NCBI RefSeq assembly: GCF_000181795.1
Contig: NW_003526940.1
Location: 2,531,502-2,595,501, forward strand
DNA length: 64,000 nucleotides
Direction of reading: 5' to 3'
Source: Trichinella spiralis
Lineage: Eukaryota
Made by a program: the position numbers and the translations under genes. Under the pieces are notes generated by a model that made no database searches, was not told the DNA's origin, and worked only from the letters and a program-made list of their open reading frames with translations. Below are positions 47,754 to 62,700 of this stretch, in pieces (the first letter of the stretch is position 1; each line of letters starts with the position of its first letter).

Positions 47754-50090
47754 TTACTGTGTTACGCCGACAGCACGGCGAAGCTCAGCGACGATATCGT
47801 CCACTGGACGATTCTTCGTTTCTGGTACGTATTTGAATGTGAACAGCCAAAAGATTGTCAAAAAGCCTGTGAACACCAAAAACGAATATTCTCCAATCGC
47901 ACGCTAAAATTATTCAATAAGTAAAATTTAAGAAGACTAAACGGGATAATAAGTAAGCAAGCATCAACAACAAACATACCACCATCGGTGGGAAAATCCA
48001 GCCGATAATAAACGCCGATCCCCAATTAACTGGTACCGCAACAGATGTTGCGTGTCCACGAGCATTTTGCAAAAACAATTCACTGACGAAAAACCATGGG
48101 ATGGAACCTTAAAAACACATGTATAATATAGAAGAATTCGTCAAATAAATGCAAAACAACTGATTAATCACTTTACCTGGACCAGTGGCGAAGGAAATGA
48201 CGAATATCAGTACAAATGCGATGCACAAATAAGAAGACCAATTGTAACCTTGTTTCTGAAAACAGAATCAAGCAAAATGCAAAAAGGACATCTATTTTAT
48301 GAAAAAAGAAAAAGAATATTAAAATTAAAAAAAATACCAGTAATATCATCGAGACGGTCAGTGTAACACAAGATATCCACATTCCTCCAAGACCCAACAG
48401 ATGCAAAGTACGTCGTCCGGCTTTGTCAATAATAGCAGTGGAAACTAATGTCATGATGACATTAATTGCTCCCACACCCATCGTTGCATATCTGGCCGAA
48501 TCTGGAGTCAAATCAGCACCATCAATAAAGATGCGTGTCGAATAGAACATGACCTGCGCAAAAGAGAAGAATTGTACGAAAGAAATAAATGTGCGAAATT
48601 TTAAATTAAATTTCAACTCAGTTCAATCAGATATATGCAAATCAAAAAAAAAGAAATACTTACCGCATTTATTCCAGAAAATTGTTGCGAAAGCATCATC
48701 ATAACAGCAATGAACAATGCCCAACGCAAAACTTTATCCTTGAACATATCACTGAAACGGACCTGGAACAACAACAACAACAACAACAACAATCAAGCAC
48801 AATATTAAAAGGGCAAAAGCAAAAGATGCTTTTACTTTTGGAGCAGCAGAATTTTGTTTAGCTTCTTCTTCCAAAGCGAATATCTCAGCATCGACATTAT
48901 CCTTTTCGCGGAGCAATTTAAGAGCTAAAACAATAGATGAATCAGGTTTTAGGAGTGGATTCAACAAAAAAAACAACAGAAAACAAATAACCTTTTTCGG
49001 CATCTTCTCGACGTTTCTTCAATATTAACAAATATTTCGGACTTTCGGGGCAGTGTGGTAATGTGATCAGTTGAAATATTGCCGGTACAATTGTCAGAAC
49101 TGATCATCATTGTAAAAAAAATAATATATTAATCAAAGCAGAGAAGAAGAACAGTAAAATTGAAAAAAAATTTACACAGCAAAATATGCCACGTATTATC
49201 TCTTCCCAAAATTTCAGAAATGCCCAACACTTGGGATACGAGAATGGATATTGTGACGACAAGCTGATTGACGCTGCCCAACATGCCACGCAAGTTGACC
49301 GGTGAAATTTCAGTCAAATACATTGGACACAAAGCGCTGGATAATCCTAAAATCAGCAGTGCTTTGGTTGTTATTAAAAAAAGAAAAAGAAAAAAGAAAT
49401 TATTACCAGCATTAATTCCAACAATCATACGACCAAACAACAGCAGCAAGTAGTGGTTGGCGTATTTTGCGGTCAGAAACAATACTGCGGCCAGAATAGC
49501 AAAAACATTGTTCATTAACATTCCATTTCGTCTGAACAAGAAGTTATTGATGAAAAAATTTCATTTGAAAACAAGCAAGAATGAAATATACCGTCCAAGT
49601 CGATCCGATACAATACCAGATAACATTCCTCCAAGCAAGCCTCCGAGAGGAAACATGCTGACAATCATGGCCCACATGGAATCAATTTGCGAAGAAGTCC
49701 AACTGGCGCCGGTATTGGATACAGTTTCATTCATCCATTTTTTGATAATCTGAAACAATGGTCGAAATTACAAAACAACCCAAGCGAACAGCAGAATGAA
49801 TATAAAACCAATTCCGGTGAATTCATCACGCCGATATTGTATCCGAAAACGAAAGAGCTGCCAAGGGCGGAAGCGCATACTGCGAACAACAATCTACACG
49901 TCAGTTTTCCCTGAAAAATTACATTTAATAATAATTGTATATAAAATTTGCTTTTCAAATCATGCATGTCACCTACCTGCAAAGCGGAATCGTCGATTGC
50001 CGGCACCGCCTTTTCGGCTACTTTGCTAGTACTGCCATCCGTGGTCAGTGGAATTTGTTCGTTCGGTTCATTTGTTTCTTCGTTTCTCAT
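47754..50090 (-). CDS. Facilitated glucose transporter (SLC2A/GLUT family, fgt-1-like), paralog B
   Basis: MRNEET..|GKLTCRLLFAVCASALGSSFVFGYNIGVMN, DRLGRRNG, PESPKYL, MLSQQFSGINA, DKAGRR, GPGSIPW, VPETKNRP..*. All splice junctions in frame. Confidence 0.93.
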
Positions 50091-50774
50091 ATTTTTTTCA
50101 ACTTTCTCGCAACAAAGCTAATCGAACGCTAAAAGAAAGAAAAAAATTTTTTTTCAAAAGCAAAACAACAACAACAACAACAAGTAAAAGCACGTCATCC
50201 GCCCTATTTTCACCTTTCTAATAAAATATATTGGGACAAAATAAGTAACACAAATAATAAAAATAGCAAATAAAATAACGATGATGATGATAATAAAGCA
50301 TGCACGTGCTATGATATATATATTTTAAGAAAAAAAAACAAAAAAAAAAGAAAGAAGAAGCAATCCTCAACAGGTTGAGGAGGTCAACGGCTCGGCTCGA
50401 CCTCGTCACAAACGATGACAGAGAAAACTGACTTCATTCCAAGGCCATCAAGAAACAAGAATGCCTGGAATAGTAAATATATTATCATCATCACATATTG
50501 TCATCAACGACGTTGAGCTTGTTGGAAAATGTGGCCACAAGTGCGTCATTTGATGAATATTTTTTAAAAAAAATGTAAAGCTTATAAGCAAAAAAAATAA
50601 CAACAAATAAATAAATGAATAAATAAGAGAGGATGAATTTTTAGTTTAAGAAAATATCAACGCCAACTGTTCGAAAGCATCAATTGAAAAGAAAGAAAAG
50701 TTCATTTTGCCAAGCTTTAATGAAAGAAACTGCTCTGCCTGCAGCAGCTTCAGTTTTGAAGTAAGCAGAGCAAA

Positions 50775-50862
50775 AAGCAGCAGCTGCAGCTAACAACAAC
50801 AACAACAACAACAACAACAGCAACAGCAGCAACAACAACAGCAGCGATAATGATAATAATAA
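50775..50862. repeat. Compound trinucleotide microsatellite (GCA/AAC/AAT)n upstream of GLUT paralog B
   Basis: Seen directly. Confidence 0.85.
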
Positions 50863-53800
50863 TTTATAGAAAAATGAATAAAATATAAGCAAGGGAATAA
50901 AATGCAAAATGGAAAAAAAATCGCACACGTTTACTCTGGTCGAAGAATGAAAAAAGAAACACGACACGACGCGCTAAACGACCACACAACAAAAAGAAAA
51001 GCGCAATGGAAAAAGTAGCGCCCAGCGCAAGCATTTTCGACACGCAATTAATATAATTGTTCGCTCAACTTTCACTCTCATTCTCGTTCGCTCGATGATA
51101 CGTGATGCAAATGAAAGCAAAAATGCCAACCGCTTTCTCATATTATTCCACCTTATTTTCGTCACATGCAATGTTCATCATTTTGTTTGTCTCATTCAAA
51201 AGCATCCAAGAAAAAAAAGCAAACTTTCAAAAAAAAAATCTCGTTCATAAATATTAAAATTTACTGATGGATGATCAATGTAAAAACAGCCAACTGGCAA
51301 TTGAAGATGATGATGAACACAACTTTAACAATAATAAATCTAAATTTATTCGTCCAACTTTTACCAAAAATAGCCACTAGTGGAATAATTTTTCAAATAA
51401 CATCAATTGACAAGATCAGTAAATGTCAAAAATTGCACGTTCGCAGTGTGTAAACAAAATTTTCACTTACAATTTTACTTCTTTTTTTCTTCTTTCTACT
51501 CGCCAAACACAATCGAAGCAGACAAATTTAAAATACAAATTAAAAACTCACAAAACGCCTAAATCTTCTGAACTGAAAAACAACCCAACCGTGATCAAAA
51601 GTGACTTTACACCGACGACTGGAAAACTTATTTATCAAATTATCATCGTCGACTGATATCATTTTTCAATTAACTATATCACAACAGCAGAAAAATGTAT
51701 ATCATTTTTCACAATACAACACGAATATATTTGAAATTTAAAAAAAAGCATCACTTTTCATTAATAATTAAATTGCAATCAAACCGATAATGAAATTACA
51801 CAAAGTAAATGTAGATGAAATGAATCAATGCAAACCGAATTCGAGCAACTTGAGTTGGAATATTTTTTAAACTATATCTCTAGAATGCCATCCATCTCCA
51901 ACCACCACCGCAACAACCAAGATCGAACTGGACGACTAACATTTGCCAAGGGTCAAGGAAAGGTCACCAGATCAATGAGCTTATGCACTTGTGGATAAGG
52001 GTCAAAGGCATCCACACACAAATGCAAATTTTAAACGCCAAACTGCCAGTATATGTGTGTTGTTAAATAAAACAGAAACTGAAACGGTAAATTTAAAAAA
52101 AAAGTAACATCTTTCTAATTTAAACAAACGAACAACCTTACAAAATTCACATTCATATTAAGTCGATTATCAGATAGACAGTGCAAAACACTAAATCAAT
52201 AATACAGTAAGACAATGACAAAAGACTGTACACACTTGAGATAATTTCTACACGCCTTTGTAAAAATTCAATTTTAAACTGTACAAAAATATTGACAAAA
52301 AGATACAAATTTTTTAAATTTTCTTCCATTAATTAAAAAAAAAGTAAATACGAAAGTCTCTGTTTTTTAAATTTTAAAACCAATAATACTGTAAGATGAA
52401 AATTTTCATTCACAAACATTTAGCGAAGAAAAGTTGCCAATGATGAAATATCTTTCTAAATTTAAAATCAACAACTAATCTTCGATGAGAAAATCAAACT
52501 CAATTGTGCTCATAAAATTTTAAAAAAATTTAATTTTTCCAATTGAAACAATTCTGCATTACTTTATAACAAATTCATCGTACCAGTGTTGTGTAATATT
52601 ATGCAAATAATTTGAAATGTGCGAAAAATACATTTCGTGTTAATAACATATTAATTTAACCGATGTTCAACGTCGAAAGAGATAACCAAACTATCAGTAA
52701 CTCTAGACCAGTAGAAGAATATGAGAAAACGAAACTTCAAATGAAAATCAATATCTGCCACATAACCTAAATTTAGTGTATCAATATTTAACCTATTCTA
52801 AAATCTGATTTCAATTCGAAAATGTATATTTAACGCCAATTGGTAGTTTGTTCGAAGATAAGTCTCGAATAAAGTAGATTAATATAATAAATAAACAGAA
52901 AATAAGTATACAATTTTATATAATTATATGAACAAAGCACCAAAAAGATTAAAAAACTCAATTCAGTTTGCCTAATAATTGAAGGACGAAATGAAATATT
53001 ATTGATTACACATTTTACCATAAAATTTATCACTTACTGACAAATTTAATAAAATCTGATTACTAAACACAGGCAAGACGCTTAATTACAAATTAACTAA
53101 CAACTTCCACCAAAAGCAAATAAAGAAATCAAATCATTTCCACAAAAAAAACTTCATGCATACGTATATTTGAAATTCATAAATGCTTTGTCTCAAAAAA
53201 AATACATCAATTATTGATGATATACACATAATGAACATAGTACCGAAAAAGATAAATTTCTAATTTTAGTAACAGAAGTATATTTGAATTACTTTCATTA
53301 GGATATTCTTTAATAAAAGTTACAAAATGTCTCGTTAAAACTAATTTTATGATCTATAATTTTACCAACTTTATATAAATAGCTTCAAAAAAAGCTATCC
53401 ATTTTCAATGGAATTCTGATATATCAATGAAAAGTTGAGATGATAGTATTATAAAGGAAAAATGGAACAACCGCTTTCCTCATCTTTGCAAATCAACAAT
53501 CAATACAAAAAATAATCAAGCAACTGCAAGCAAAACTCATCCAAAACGAAATAGACTGACAAACACACAGCAATCTTGCAGAGAAGACTGTACTTTTTAA
53601 AGTAAAGTGCTGTATTACAAAAATGACAAGCAAGTAAAACAATACTTTGACCTATTTTAAGAAAGCTGAAATAAAATGAAAACAGAAAATATTTTAATTT
53701 GTTTTTTAATTTTATAATTTAATATAAAATAATATTTTACTAATGTTTACATATTAATAAAATTTAATGTGGTAATATTACAAATAGCAGATGATAAACA

Positions 53801-54288
53801 TCAATAATTAATCTTACACTTACTCGATATTTAGCAAAAGTTTATATTTTATAGGATAAATTGAGTTGCACAGTTTGATCATAAATTCGATTCTACTTTT
53901 TAGTTTTATATGCTTTATCTTTCTGATAAAATAAATTTCGTGTAATAAGCGTTTGTATGTAACTGTGAAGAAAATCTTCTTCGCGGTTCCCCTAGTTTAA
54001 GTGTTTTCAATTTCTGTCAGAGATAGTATTGGTGGAGATGTGTGACTGGAAAGATTAAAGATAAAATTTGTTTGCAAACCAGAAACATTTTCAGAGAACA
54101 GGCAGAAAATCAGATAAATATTTCGATGCTAACAAAAATTAGCAGTTGTTAGTCCTAGTTTTAACTCAGAACTGCAGCTGTGGACAATTTGTCAGTTGTT
54201 GATTTTTCCATTGTATTAAAATCGCCTTTAGCTACTGTTCAGAACATTTTTGGACAATCGGAAAAGCATCCTATACATAATCTCATAT

Positions 54289-56875
54289 TGTTGAGGTTTG
54301 CTGAGTTTGATCTGTATTATCACGTAAATCGAGACAACAGATGTAAGATCAAATGACACAAACACAGTTGCTAGAGAAAGGAGTCAAAGAAGCACAACAA
54401 ACAAAGTGACGGAACAAAGTTTATTAAAACACAAGGTATATATGCAAACACACACGGACTATGTATATGCATCTATCCGTTACTACAGTATATTGAATAT
54501 CAGGTTTCAACATGAATTGTTCCTTTCATCAACACTTCCTCTAACAATTCATGTGCTCAGAAACAATTCCTAATTGCTGACGCAAATTTTGAAAACGAGT
54601 CTTTGGCAGAGCTTTCGTCAATATGTCGGCCTTCTGGTTTCCACCTATCGATGTGCTGGATGTCGATTTTGCCCTCATTATATTTTTCACGAACGAAGTG
54701 AAATCGCACATCAATGTGCTTCGAACGTTTGTGGAACTCTGGATTCTTGGAAAGCTTGACGGCTCCCATGTTGTCCACAAACAGTATCGGCTTTTGTTTC
54801 ACTTCTGTGACTTCAGCAAATAGTGTCATCAGCCACATCATGTCTTTAGCGCTTCACTAGCAGCGACATATTCTGCCTCCGTTGTTGACAATGCAACGCT
54901 TCTCTGCTTTTGACTATGCACAACACGGCTCTCTGCACACATGCAGACACGCAGTACGTGAACGTCGAGTCGTGACGTCACTGCGTATCTGCATCTGAGT
55001 AGCCTTCAGAATTCCTNNNNNNNNNNTTGATTCCCATACCAAGAAAAGGTGTCCAGGGGTCCTTGCTTTATTGGAACTCCTTTTTCATCACTGCAAGGAA
55101 TTGTCCATCTCGTCGGTGTCAGACCAGCCACTATTCCATCATCAACATAAATCGCCACAAGCAGTTTTGATCTTTCTTTCATGCGAGCAAACAGACAGGG
55201 GTCTGCTGTGCTCTGTTTCAGACCTTGTTTTCTCAGGAACTCCACCAATCTCAGGTTCCAACAGCGAGGAGCTTGCTTTAAGCCATACAAACTACGGTTC
55301 AGTTTGTAAACTTGATTCGTACCATTTTCGAATCCTTCCGGTTGCTTCACGTACACTTCTTCCTTCAGCGCACCATACAGAAATGCAGTCTTTACATCAA
55401 ACTGTTGAAGCTTCAACCTTTCCACTGCGGCGATGCTTAGGAGTGCACGTACAGTATCAAAACGAGCCACCGGGCTGAAGGTCTCATCATAGTCAATGCC
55501 GGGTCTTTGCATGTAACCTTTAGCAACCAGACGTGCTTTATATCTGGCTACACTTCTATCAGCTTTTGTTTTGATGCGCAAAACCCATCGACTGTCCAAG
55601 ACTTTCTTTCCAGACGGGGGATCTACTAATGTCCACACTGAGTTCTCCTCGAGGGAATGCAGTTCTTCTTCCATGGCCTTTCGCCAATCTGCAGCATCAA
55701 CAGATTGCATTGCCTCATGAAATGATGATGGAGGTGGTGTCTGAACTGTTAGCACGTAGTCAGAAAGATAATTCGGCATCTTTCTGACCCGTTTGCTGCT
55801 AAGTGCGTCTTCCTCTTGCTCCATTTTCGTCTCGACTTCACATTCCGCTTCTTTTGATGTCCACTGAGAATTCAATTCCAGTCTCAGTTCTTCTGCATCA
55901 GGATCATCTTCCTCTTCATTCTTCTCAGACGAATCTGCTTTAACGGACATCTTTGATGACAAACGGATCTCTTCTGGCTTAAACAAGATATCCCGACTGG
56001 TAACAATCTGATTGATGTCTGGCAGCCAGATTCTATAACCATCCTTCTCATCACAGTATCCCATAAACCGTCCAGCAACTGATTTCTTTTCCCATTTCCG
56101 CCGACGTTGCTTGGGAACGTGTACAAAACATTCAGTTCCAAAAACGTGGAAATGATCAATGGACACGGGATCTCGTTTGAACCACAGTTCTATTGGAGAT
56201 TTCCCTTTCACGGTCGTGGGACCAGTTCGGTTCAGTACATAACAAGCTGTGTTCACTGCTTCAGCCCACAGATAAAGTGGAAGATCTTTTGAATGGAGCA
56301 TGGATCTACCGGTCTCAACCAGTATCCTGTTCTCACGCTCTGCCACTCCATTCTGTTCCGGCGTATAAGGCATAGCGGTACGCATAGCAACCCCTCGACG
56401 CTGCAGAATATCCTTTACATGAGCGTTGTTAAACTCAAGTCCGCCATCGCTCAAAATGCACTCCACTGTGTTTCCAGCTGTGCGTGACTCATTAAGGAAG
56501 GTTTCAAGGCACTGAGCCACATCATCTTTTCTCTTCAAAAAGAAAACTCGACGGTAACGTGAGAAATCATCTTTGAAAACGAGGAAGTACTTTGACCCAC
56601 CCAAAGAAGTCACATGCATGGGTCCGCACAGGTCAACGTGTATCAATTTGCCTGGAGCCCTTGGCCTGTACTTCCGTGACTGAAAGCTTTCACGATGATG
56701 CTTCCCCAAAACACAACCAGTGCAGAACTGCTCTTGGGCATGCACTTTGATGCCATGGTTGTTCAGCACTTGCTGCACGTGTCGTTTATTTTGATGGCAT
56801 AGCCTCTCATGCCACTATTGCAGCGAAGCATTCATGTACTCATATGTTATATGCAGCTTCTCTGAATGCTGACTC
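54289..56875 (-). mobile_element. Ty1/Copia LTR retrotransposon (3' part; 5' end lost in the assembly gap)
   Basis: 3' LTR 54289-54534 (TGTTGA...TCAACA, 246 bp), PPT TTAGAGGAAG at 54535-54544, and pol in IN-RT-RNaseH order. Confidence 0.96.
54541..56830 (-). CDS. pol: Copia Pol polyprotein (pre-integrase/integrase, reverse transcriptase, RNase H), interrupted by a gap at 55017-55026
   Basis: WHERLCH..CTGC, HVDLCGP, SDGGLEF, NGVAERENR, YKARLVAKG, QFDVKTAFLYG, LYGLKQAPRCW, YVDD, HKRSKHIDVRFHF, ADILTKAL. 590-aa uninterrupted ORF. Confidence 0.95.
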
Positions 56876-59764
56876 NNNNNNNNNNAGTATATGGAGAAAT
56901 TAAATAAAACAGAAACTGAAACGGTAAATTTAAAAAAAAGTAACATCTTTCTAATTTAAACAAACGAACAACCTTACAAAATTCACATTCATATTAAGTC
57001 GATTATCATACTTACAGTGCAAAACACTAAATCAATAATACAGTAAGACAATGACAAAAGACTGTACACACTTGAGATAATTTCTACACGCCTTTGTAAA
57101 AATTCAATTTTAAACTGTACAAAAATATTGACAAAAGGATACAAATTTTTTAAATTTTCTTCCATTAATTAAAAAAAAAGTAAATACGAAAGTCTCTGTT
57201 TTTTAAATTTTAAAACCAATAATACTGTAAGATGAAAATTTTCATTCACAAACATTTAGCGAAGAAAAGTTGCCAATGATGAAATATCTTTCTAAATTTA
57301 AAATCAACAACTAATCTTCGTTGAGAAAATGAAACTCAATTGTGCTCATAAAATTTAAAAAAATTTAATTTTTTCCAATTGAAACAATTCTGCATTACTT
57401 TATAACAAATTCATCGTACCAGTGTTGTGTAATATTATGCAAATAATTTGAAATGTGCGAAAAATACATTTCGTGTTAATAACATATTAATTTAACCGAT
57501 GTTCAACGTCGAAAGAGATAACCAAACTATCAGTAACTCTAGACCAGTAGAAGAATATGAGAAAACGAAACTTCAAATGAAAATCAATATCTGCCACATA
57601 ACCTAAATTTAGTGTATCAATATTTAACCTATTCTAAAATCTGATTTCAATTCGAAAATGTATATTTAACGCCAATTGGTAGTTTGTTCGAAGATAAGTC
57701 TCGAATAAAGTAGATTAATATAATAAATAAACAGAAAATAAGTATACAATTTTATATAATTATATGAACAAAGCACCAAAAAGATTAAAAAACTCAATTC
57801 AGTTTGCCTAATAATTGAAGGACGAAATGAAATATTATTGATTACACATTTTACCATAAAATTTATCACTTACTGACAAATTTAATAAAATCTGATTACT
57901 AAACACAGGCAAGACGCTTAATTACAAATTAACTAACAACTTCCACCAAAAGCAAATAAAGAAATCAAATCATTTCCACAAAAAAAACTTCATGCATACG
58001 TATATTTGAAATTCATAAATGCTTTGTCTCAAAAAAAATACATCAATTATTGATGATATACACATAATGAACATAGTACCGAAAAAGATAAATTTCTAAT
58101 TTTAGTAACAGAAGTATATTTGAATTACTTTCATTAGGATATTCTTTAATAAAAGTTACAAAATATCTCGTTAAAACTAATTTTATGATCTATAATTTTA
58201 CCAACTTTATATAAATAGCTTCAAAAATAGCTATCCATTTTCAATGGAATTCTGATATATCAATGAAAAGTTGAGATGATAGTATTATAAAGGAAAAATG
58301 GAACAACCGCTTTCCTCATCTTTGCAAATCAACAATCAATACAAAAAATAATCAAGCAACTGCAAGCAAAACTCATCCAAAACGAAATAGACTGACAAAC
58401 ACACAGCAATCTTGCAGAGAAGACTGTACTTTTTAAAGTAAAGTGCTGTATTACAAAAATGACAAGCAAGTAAAACAATACTTTGACCTATTTTAAGAAA
58501 GCTGAAATAAAATGAAAACAGAAAATATTTTAATTTGTTTTTTAATTTTATAATTTAATATAAAATAATATTTTACTAATGTTTACATATTAATAAAATT
58601 TAATGTGGTAATATTACAAATAGCAGATGATAAACATCAATAATTAATCTTACACTTACTCGATATTTAGACAAAAGTTTAATATTTTAAAGGAAAATTG
58701 AGTTGCCACGTTGGATCTAAATTCGATCTACTTTTTAGTTTTATATGCTTTATCTTCGGAAAATAATTTCGTGGAATAGCGTTGATGAACTGTGAAGAAT
58801 CTTCTTTCCCGTCCCTAGTATAGTGTCTTCAATTTCTGNNNNNNNNNNTGTTGCAAAATGGTTATTGGAAAAATTCAAAATAAGAGATATATTCGAGATT
58901 TAAGCTATCTAACTGAACTTGTGACTGTTCTTTAGCCACTGGCTCACTATCTTTCTTGCTCCAGCTGAATGAAATTGAATTCTACTTCATAAATTGGTTT
59001 TGAATTATCTACAAATAACTCATACAGTCCACTCCTTAGTCATTTTTAAGTTTCACTCTTAAAAGATTTTCAAACAGCTTTGTTTAGCGTCAATTTCTTT
59101 GCGCTCTTTTCCTCATCACTGTTTTGAGATTTTTTAGATGATAGAGGCAATAATAATGTAGTTCAGTTATAAAACAAAAACTTTGTTATAAAAATTGGGA
59201 AATGCGATTATTTATGTCCATATGAGGGAATTTAATGGTGAAGCGCCCCATATCATGCATGATATGTTGTTCGCTTTTGCTTTATTATTATTATTATCAA
59301 ATGTATTTTGCTGTTTTGTTTGTTTATTTATCATTTTTTTGATCTAATCAGTGAGACATATACAAGACAAACTGAAAACCAAGAGTAACACTGATGAGTC
59401 CAGCTGACCAGTGAGAAGACACTTGAGCTGAAATCTGGGAACGCTACTATTAGTTTGTTAAAACAGATTAGTCACAAAGAAAATATTGAAAATTTTCATT
59501 CGACACATTACTACATTTTTAGGTAAATAAAAGGAATGTTTAATTTGAACAAATTAAAAAAGCATTTTGGAAATCTCAAGCAAAACATTGCAACTGATTG
59601 AAACAGAGTTCTGAAAAAAAGGCAGTTTCTGAAAGCTTTCCAGAAATGATCTGCAAAATATCCACATCAATATTTTTGCTAAACAGTTGTAATTTATATT
59701 TTAATTCATATTTATTTCAGTTCAAGTAAAATATAATTATATATGACTGTAGATATCAATAAAA

Positions 59765-62700
59765 CTAATGAGGAACTGTGACGTTGAAACAAGCGGATTG
59801 TGCACTAGACAAACAGATTTGTGGTTCAGATATCAGAATACCTAAAATTATGTAATAAGTAAGAAATGAAACTATTTTGATTGTGTTTTCAATTACCTGC
59901 CCAGCAAGTTGTAATAAATGACGCAATGCATGCAGTAGCTACAGCTCTTAAAGCATATTTTGCCAGAATGGGTTTGATCTTTGGACTAAGACTACCCACA
60001 GAGCCAAGCTGAATTCCAATTGATCCAATATTAGCAAAGCTGCACAAAGCGTATGTTGCCATCATTTGTGAGTGACCCTAAATATAATTGTTATTTATAC
60101 CTTTTATACGATTTTTTGAAAGGAAACATATCAGTGTGAAAAATGAATGCATTATATTTTATTAAAAATTTAATTATTATTTTAAAGTTTTTTCTAAAGA
60201 TTATTATTTAAAAAAGTGATAAAAATACTTACGGAAAGTTTATTAGAAGCTACATATTCTCCTAGTCGTTGGTATGCAATAAATTCATTTAAAACGACTT
60301 TGATACCCATCAACTCAGCGACATACATTGTTTCTTCTACTCTTTTACTAATGTCCATAGAATCGCTGACGCCCATGAAAAATGCTATTGGAAAAAATAT
60401 ATAGCCAAGTATTTTCTAAAAGCAAAATGAATAAATAAATTAAAATTATGCAGCTTATGTTTAAGGATATATAAATTGTAACCTCTAAACTCAAGTCATC
60501 AATGTCAACCATATTTCCTAGCCATAATATGACTGAATTAATGAATGTTAAAATTGCAATGAAAACAATCAAATTGGCTATAATTTGAAAAATAACAGTG
60601 ATAACATCACAAGCACCATTGCTGATTGCTTCTAAAATATTGTTGTACTGCCTAAAAATTAAAAATTTATTTTATAATGAAAAACATCATAAATTTACAT
60701 TTTTAATTATAATTTTTACCCTCTTGGCAAATCAAGATTTTCGACTTTTTTAGTTGCAGATTCTTCTGTTTCAGGGACAACAATCTTGGAACAAGCAAGT
60801 GACGCTGGCGCTGACATGACACTTGCCGATAATATATATTTCGGACATGCCTTGAAAAATTGAATTTATAAAATAGAAAAATGAAATGCTGAAATGAATG
60901 AATATTATTAGCATTTACTCCAAAAGAGACGTAAGCGGCGAAAAGCGAACCAGCAACGGAAGCAAATCCGGCGCACATAATTGCAAATACTTCCGAATGG
61001 GTTAATTGGGATAGATACGGTTTGATGAGAAGTGGCGCTTCGCTTAGGCCGAGAAATATTGAAGCTACTGCATTTAAAGATTCCGTTGCCGTTGTGCCGA
61101 GTGTAATTTGAACAAGCCAGGCAACTTTGATCAGAACAAGCTGCATTACACCAAGTTGATACAGTAAAGCGACAAACGCTCCAAAATACAAAATTGCTTG
61201 TAATACCTAAAAAATTGAACTTCTTTTTCAACAATCAGTGGTGAATGGAATTTTGCCAAAATTTACGGAAAAAGCAAAAACTGCATTCATGCCACAAATT
61301 GGAGGCGGATTGACCAGAAAGCCGTACGTAAATGCCGCTCCATATTGTGCAAAATCCAAAAATGCTACAATTTTTTCAGAAATGAATTCAAACGCTACAA
61401 CACCATATTCCCATTGGAGAGCAAACAGTCCAATGCAAAATTGTATTGCAAATCCCCAAATAACGGGACGCCAATTTATCTGAAATAACAGAACAAAAAA
61501 ATGAATTTCATTTAATAAAAATTCAGCTCATATAAAAGATATTCTTACTTTACTTTTATTTTCTGACAGTAGAACCAACAAGAGAACAAGGACAACAATT
61601 CCAGCTAAGCAGTTCAACCTTTGCCATTGTCCTCTGCAGCAGATCAGAACGATTGCAATGAACACAATGAAAAGTGCCGTAAAAACAAAACTACAATTAA
61701 ATTAATTCGTAAAAGATTCCTCTAGCATCTGTTGGTTTAAACTCACCCTCGAAATACAGTTTTTTTCCAACATCTTTTTATTCTCTTCTTTAAGTTTTTA
61801 GCAAAGCAAGCATTAATTTTTGAAATGAAGTAAATTTTGAAAATGTATTTATAAAATAAACAAAACCAAAATATTGCAGTAAATACAATAAGTGCCAAAG
61901 CTCTCCGGTAGTTTTTCACAACAGCAAAGATGAAAAAAATATGATAAGCAATGGCTAACAAAAGCCAAAAGCCGTATTGGAGATACTTTTTTTGTTGCGT
62001 TGTCAGTTTAGGTGGAAAGGACGATTTCATGTCGCTGAGTGCCATTGGAATTTTACTTAAACTGTAACTACCTCTGTTGCGGACCAGGGGATTTTTTTGA
62101 ATTTGTTCCATCTCCATTGATACGGAATCGACAGCATCGTTGGAGATGTAGCGGTTGAGTTTTGACTCTTGATCACTTTTTATAAGATCACTCTAACAAA
62201 AAGCAAATAAATGTTTTACACTTTTTCTGCAAATATTTAGTATATATATATATTTGTCATTATTCAATTTATTTTGTGATGAATTAAATTTTAAAAAATC
62301 CCTTTTTTCATCATTCCAATGCATATTTGACGATTTAGCAATTTTGAAAACATAAACCAGATTTATAATTTCAGTATAAATGAATAATTATATAATGAAA
62401 TGATAAAATATTTCCAGTTATAACTTTTGCCCTTTCTCAGTTGAATAAGCAATGACAAGCATCATATTTGTAAAGTTCCTTTCAAAACCATGCATAATTA
62501 TTGTAATGGAAAGCTAGTAAGCTATTTTCCTCTATTTTCCGATTTCACATGCTCAGTTGCATTGTTTAATCACTTAATTGCTCTTCAAAAGCCACCCCAT
62601 TCATGCATAGGAAAACCTTTTTTCAAGATATGTTAACCATTTAAATTTGAACTGAAATTGAACAAATAAATATAATTCACATATTTTTTTCTGAAAATTT

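Larger units (their letters stand above)
52048..58838. repeat. ~1.96-kb direct duplication (52048-54017 / 56886-58838); the second copy is a gap-bounded contig, probably redundant or allelic
   Basis: Identical ORFs 52830..53033 and 57666..57869. The second copy degrades in quality towards both gaps. Confidence 0.88.

Noticed and set aside
50680..50967. Poly-Leu/Ala ORF
   Set aside because: Translation of a trinucleotide microsatellite.
44658..54534. Solo LTRs belonging to the Copia element at 54289
   Set aside because: Different length (~350 vs 246 bp), termini and sequence.
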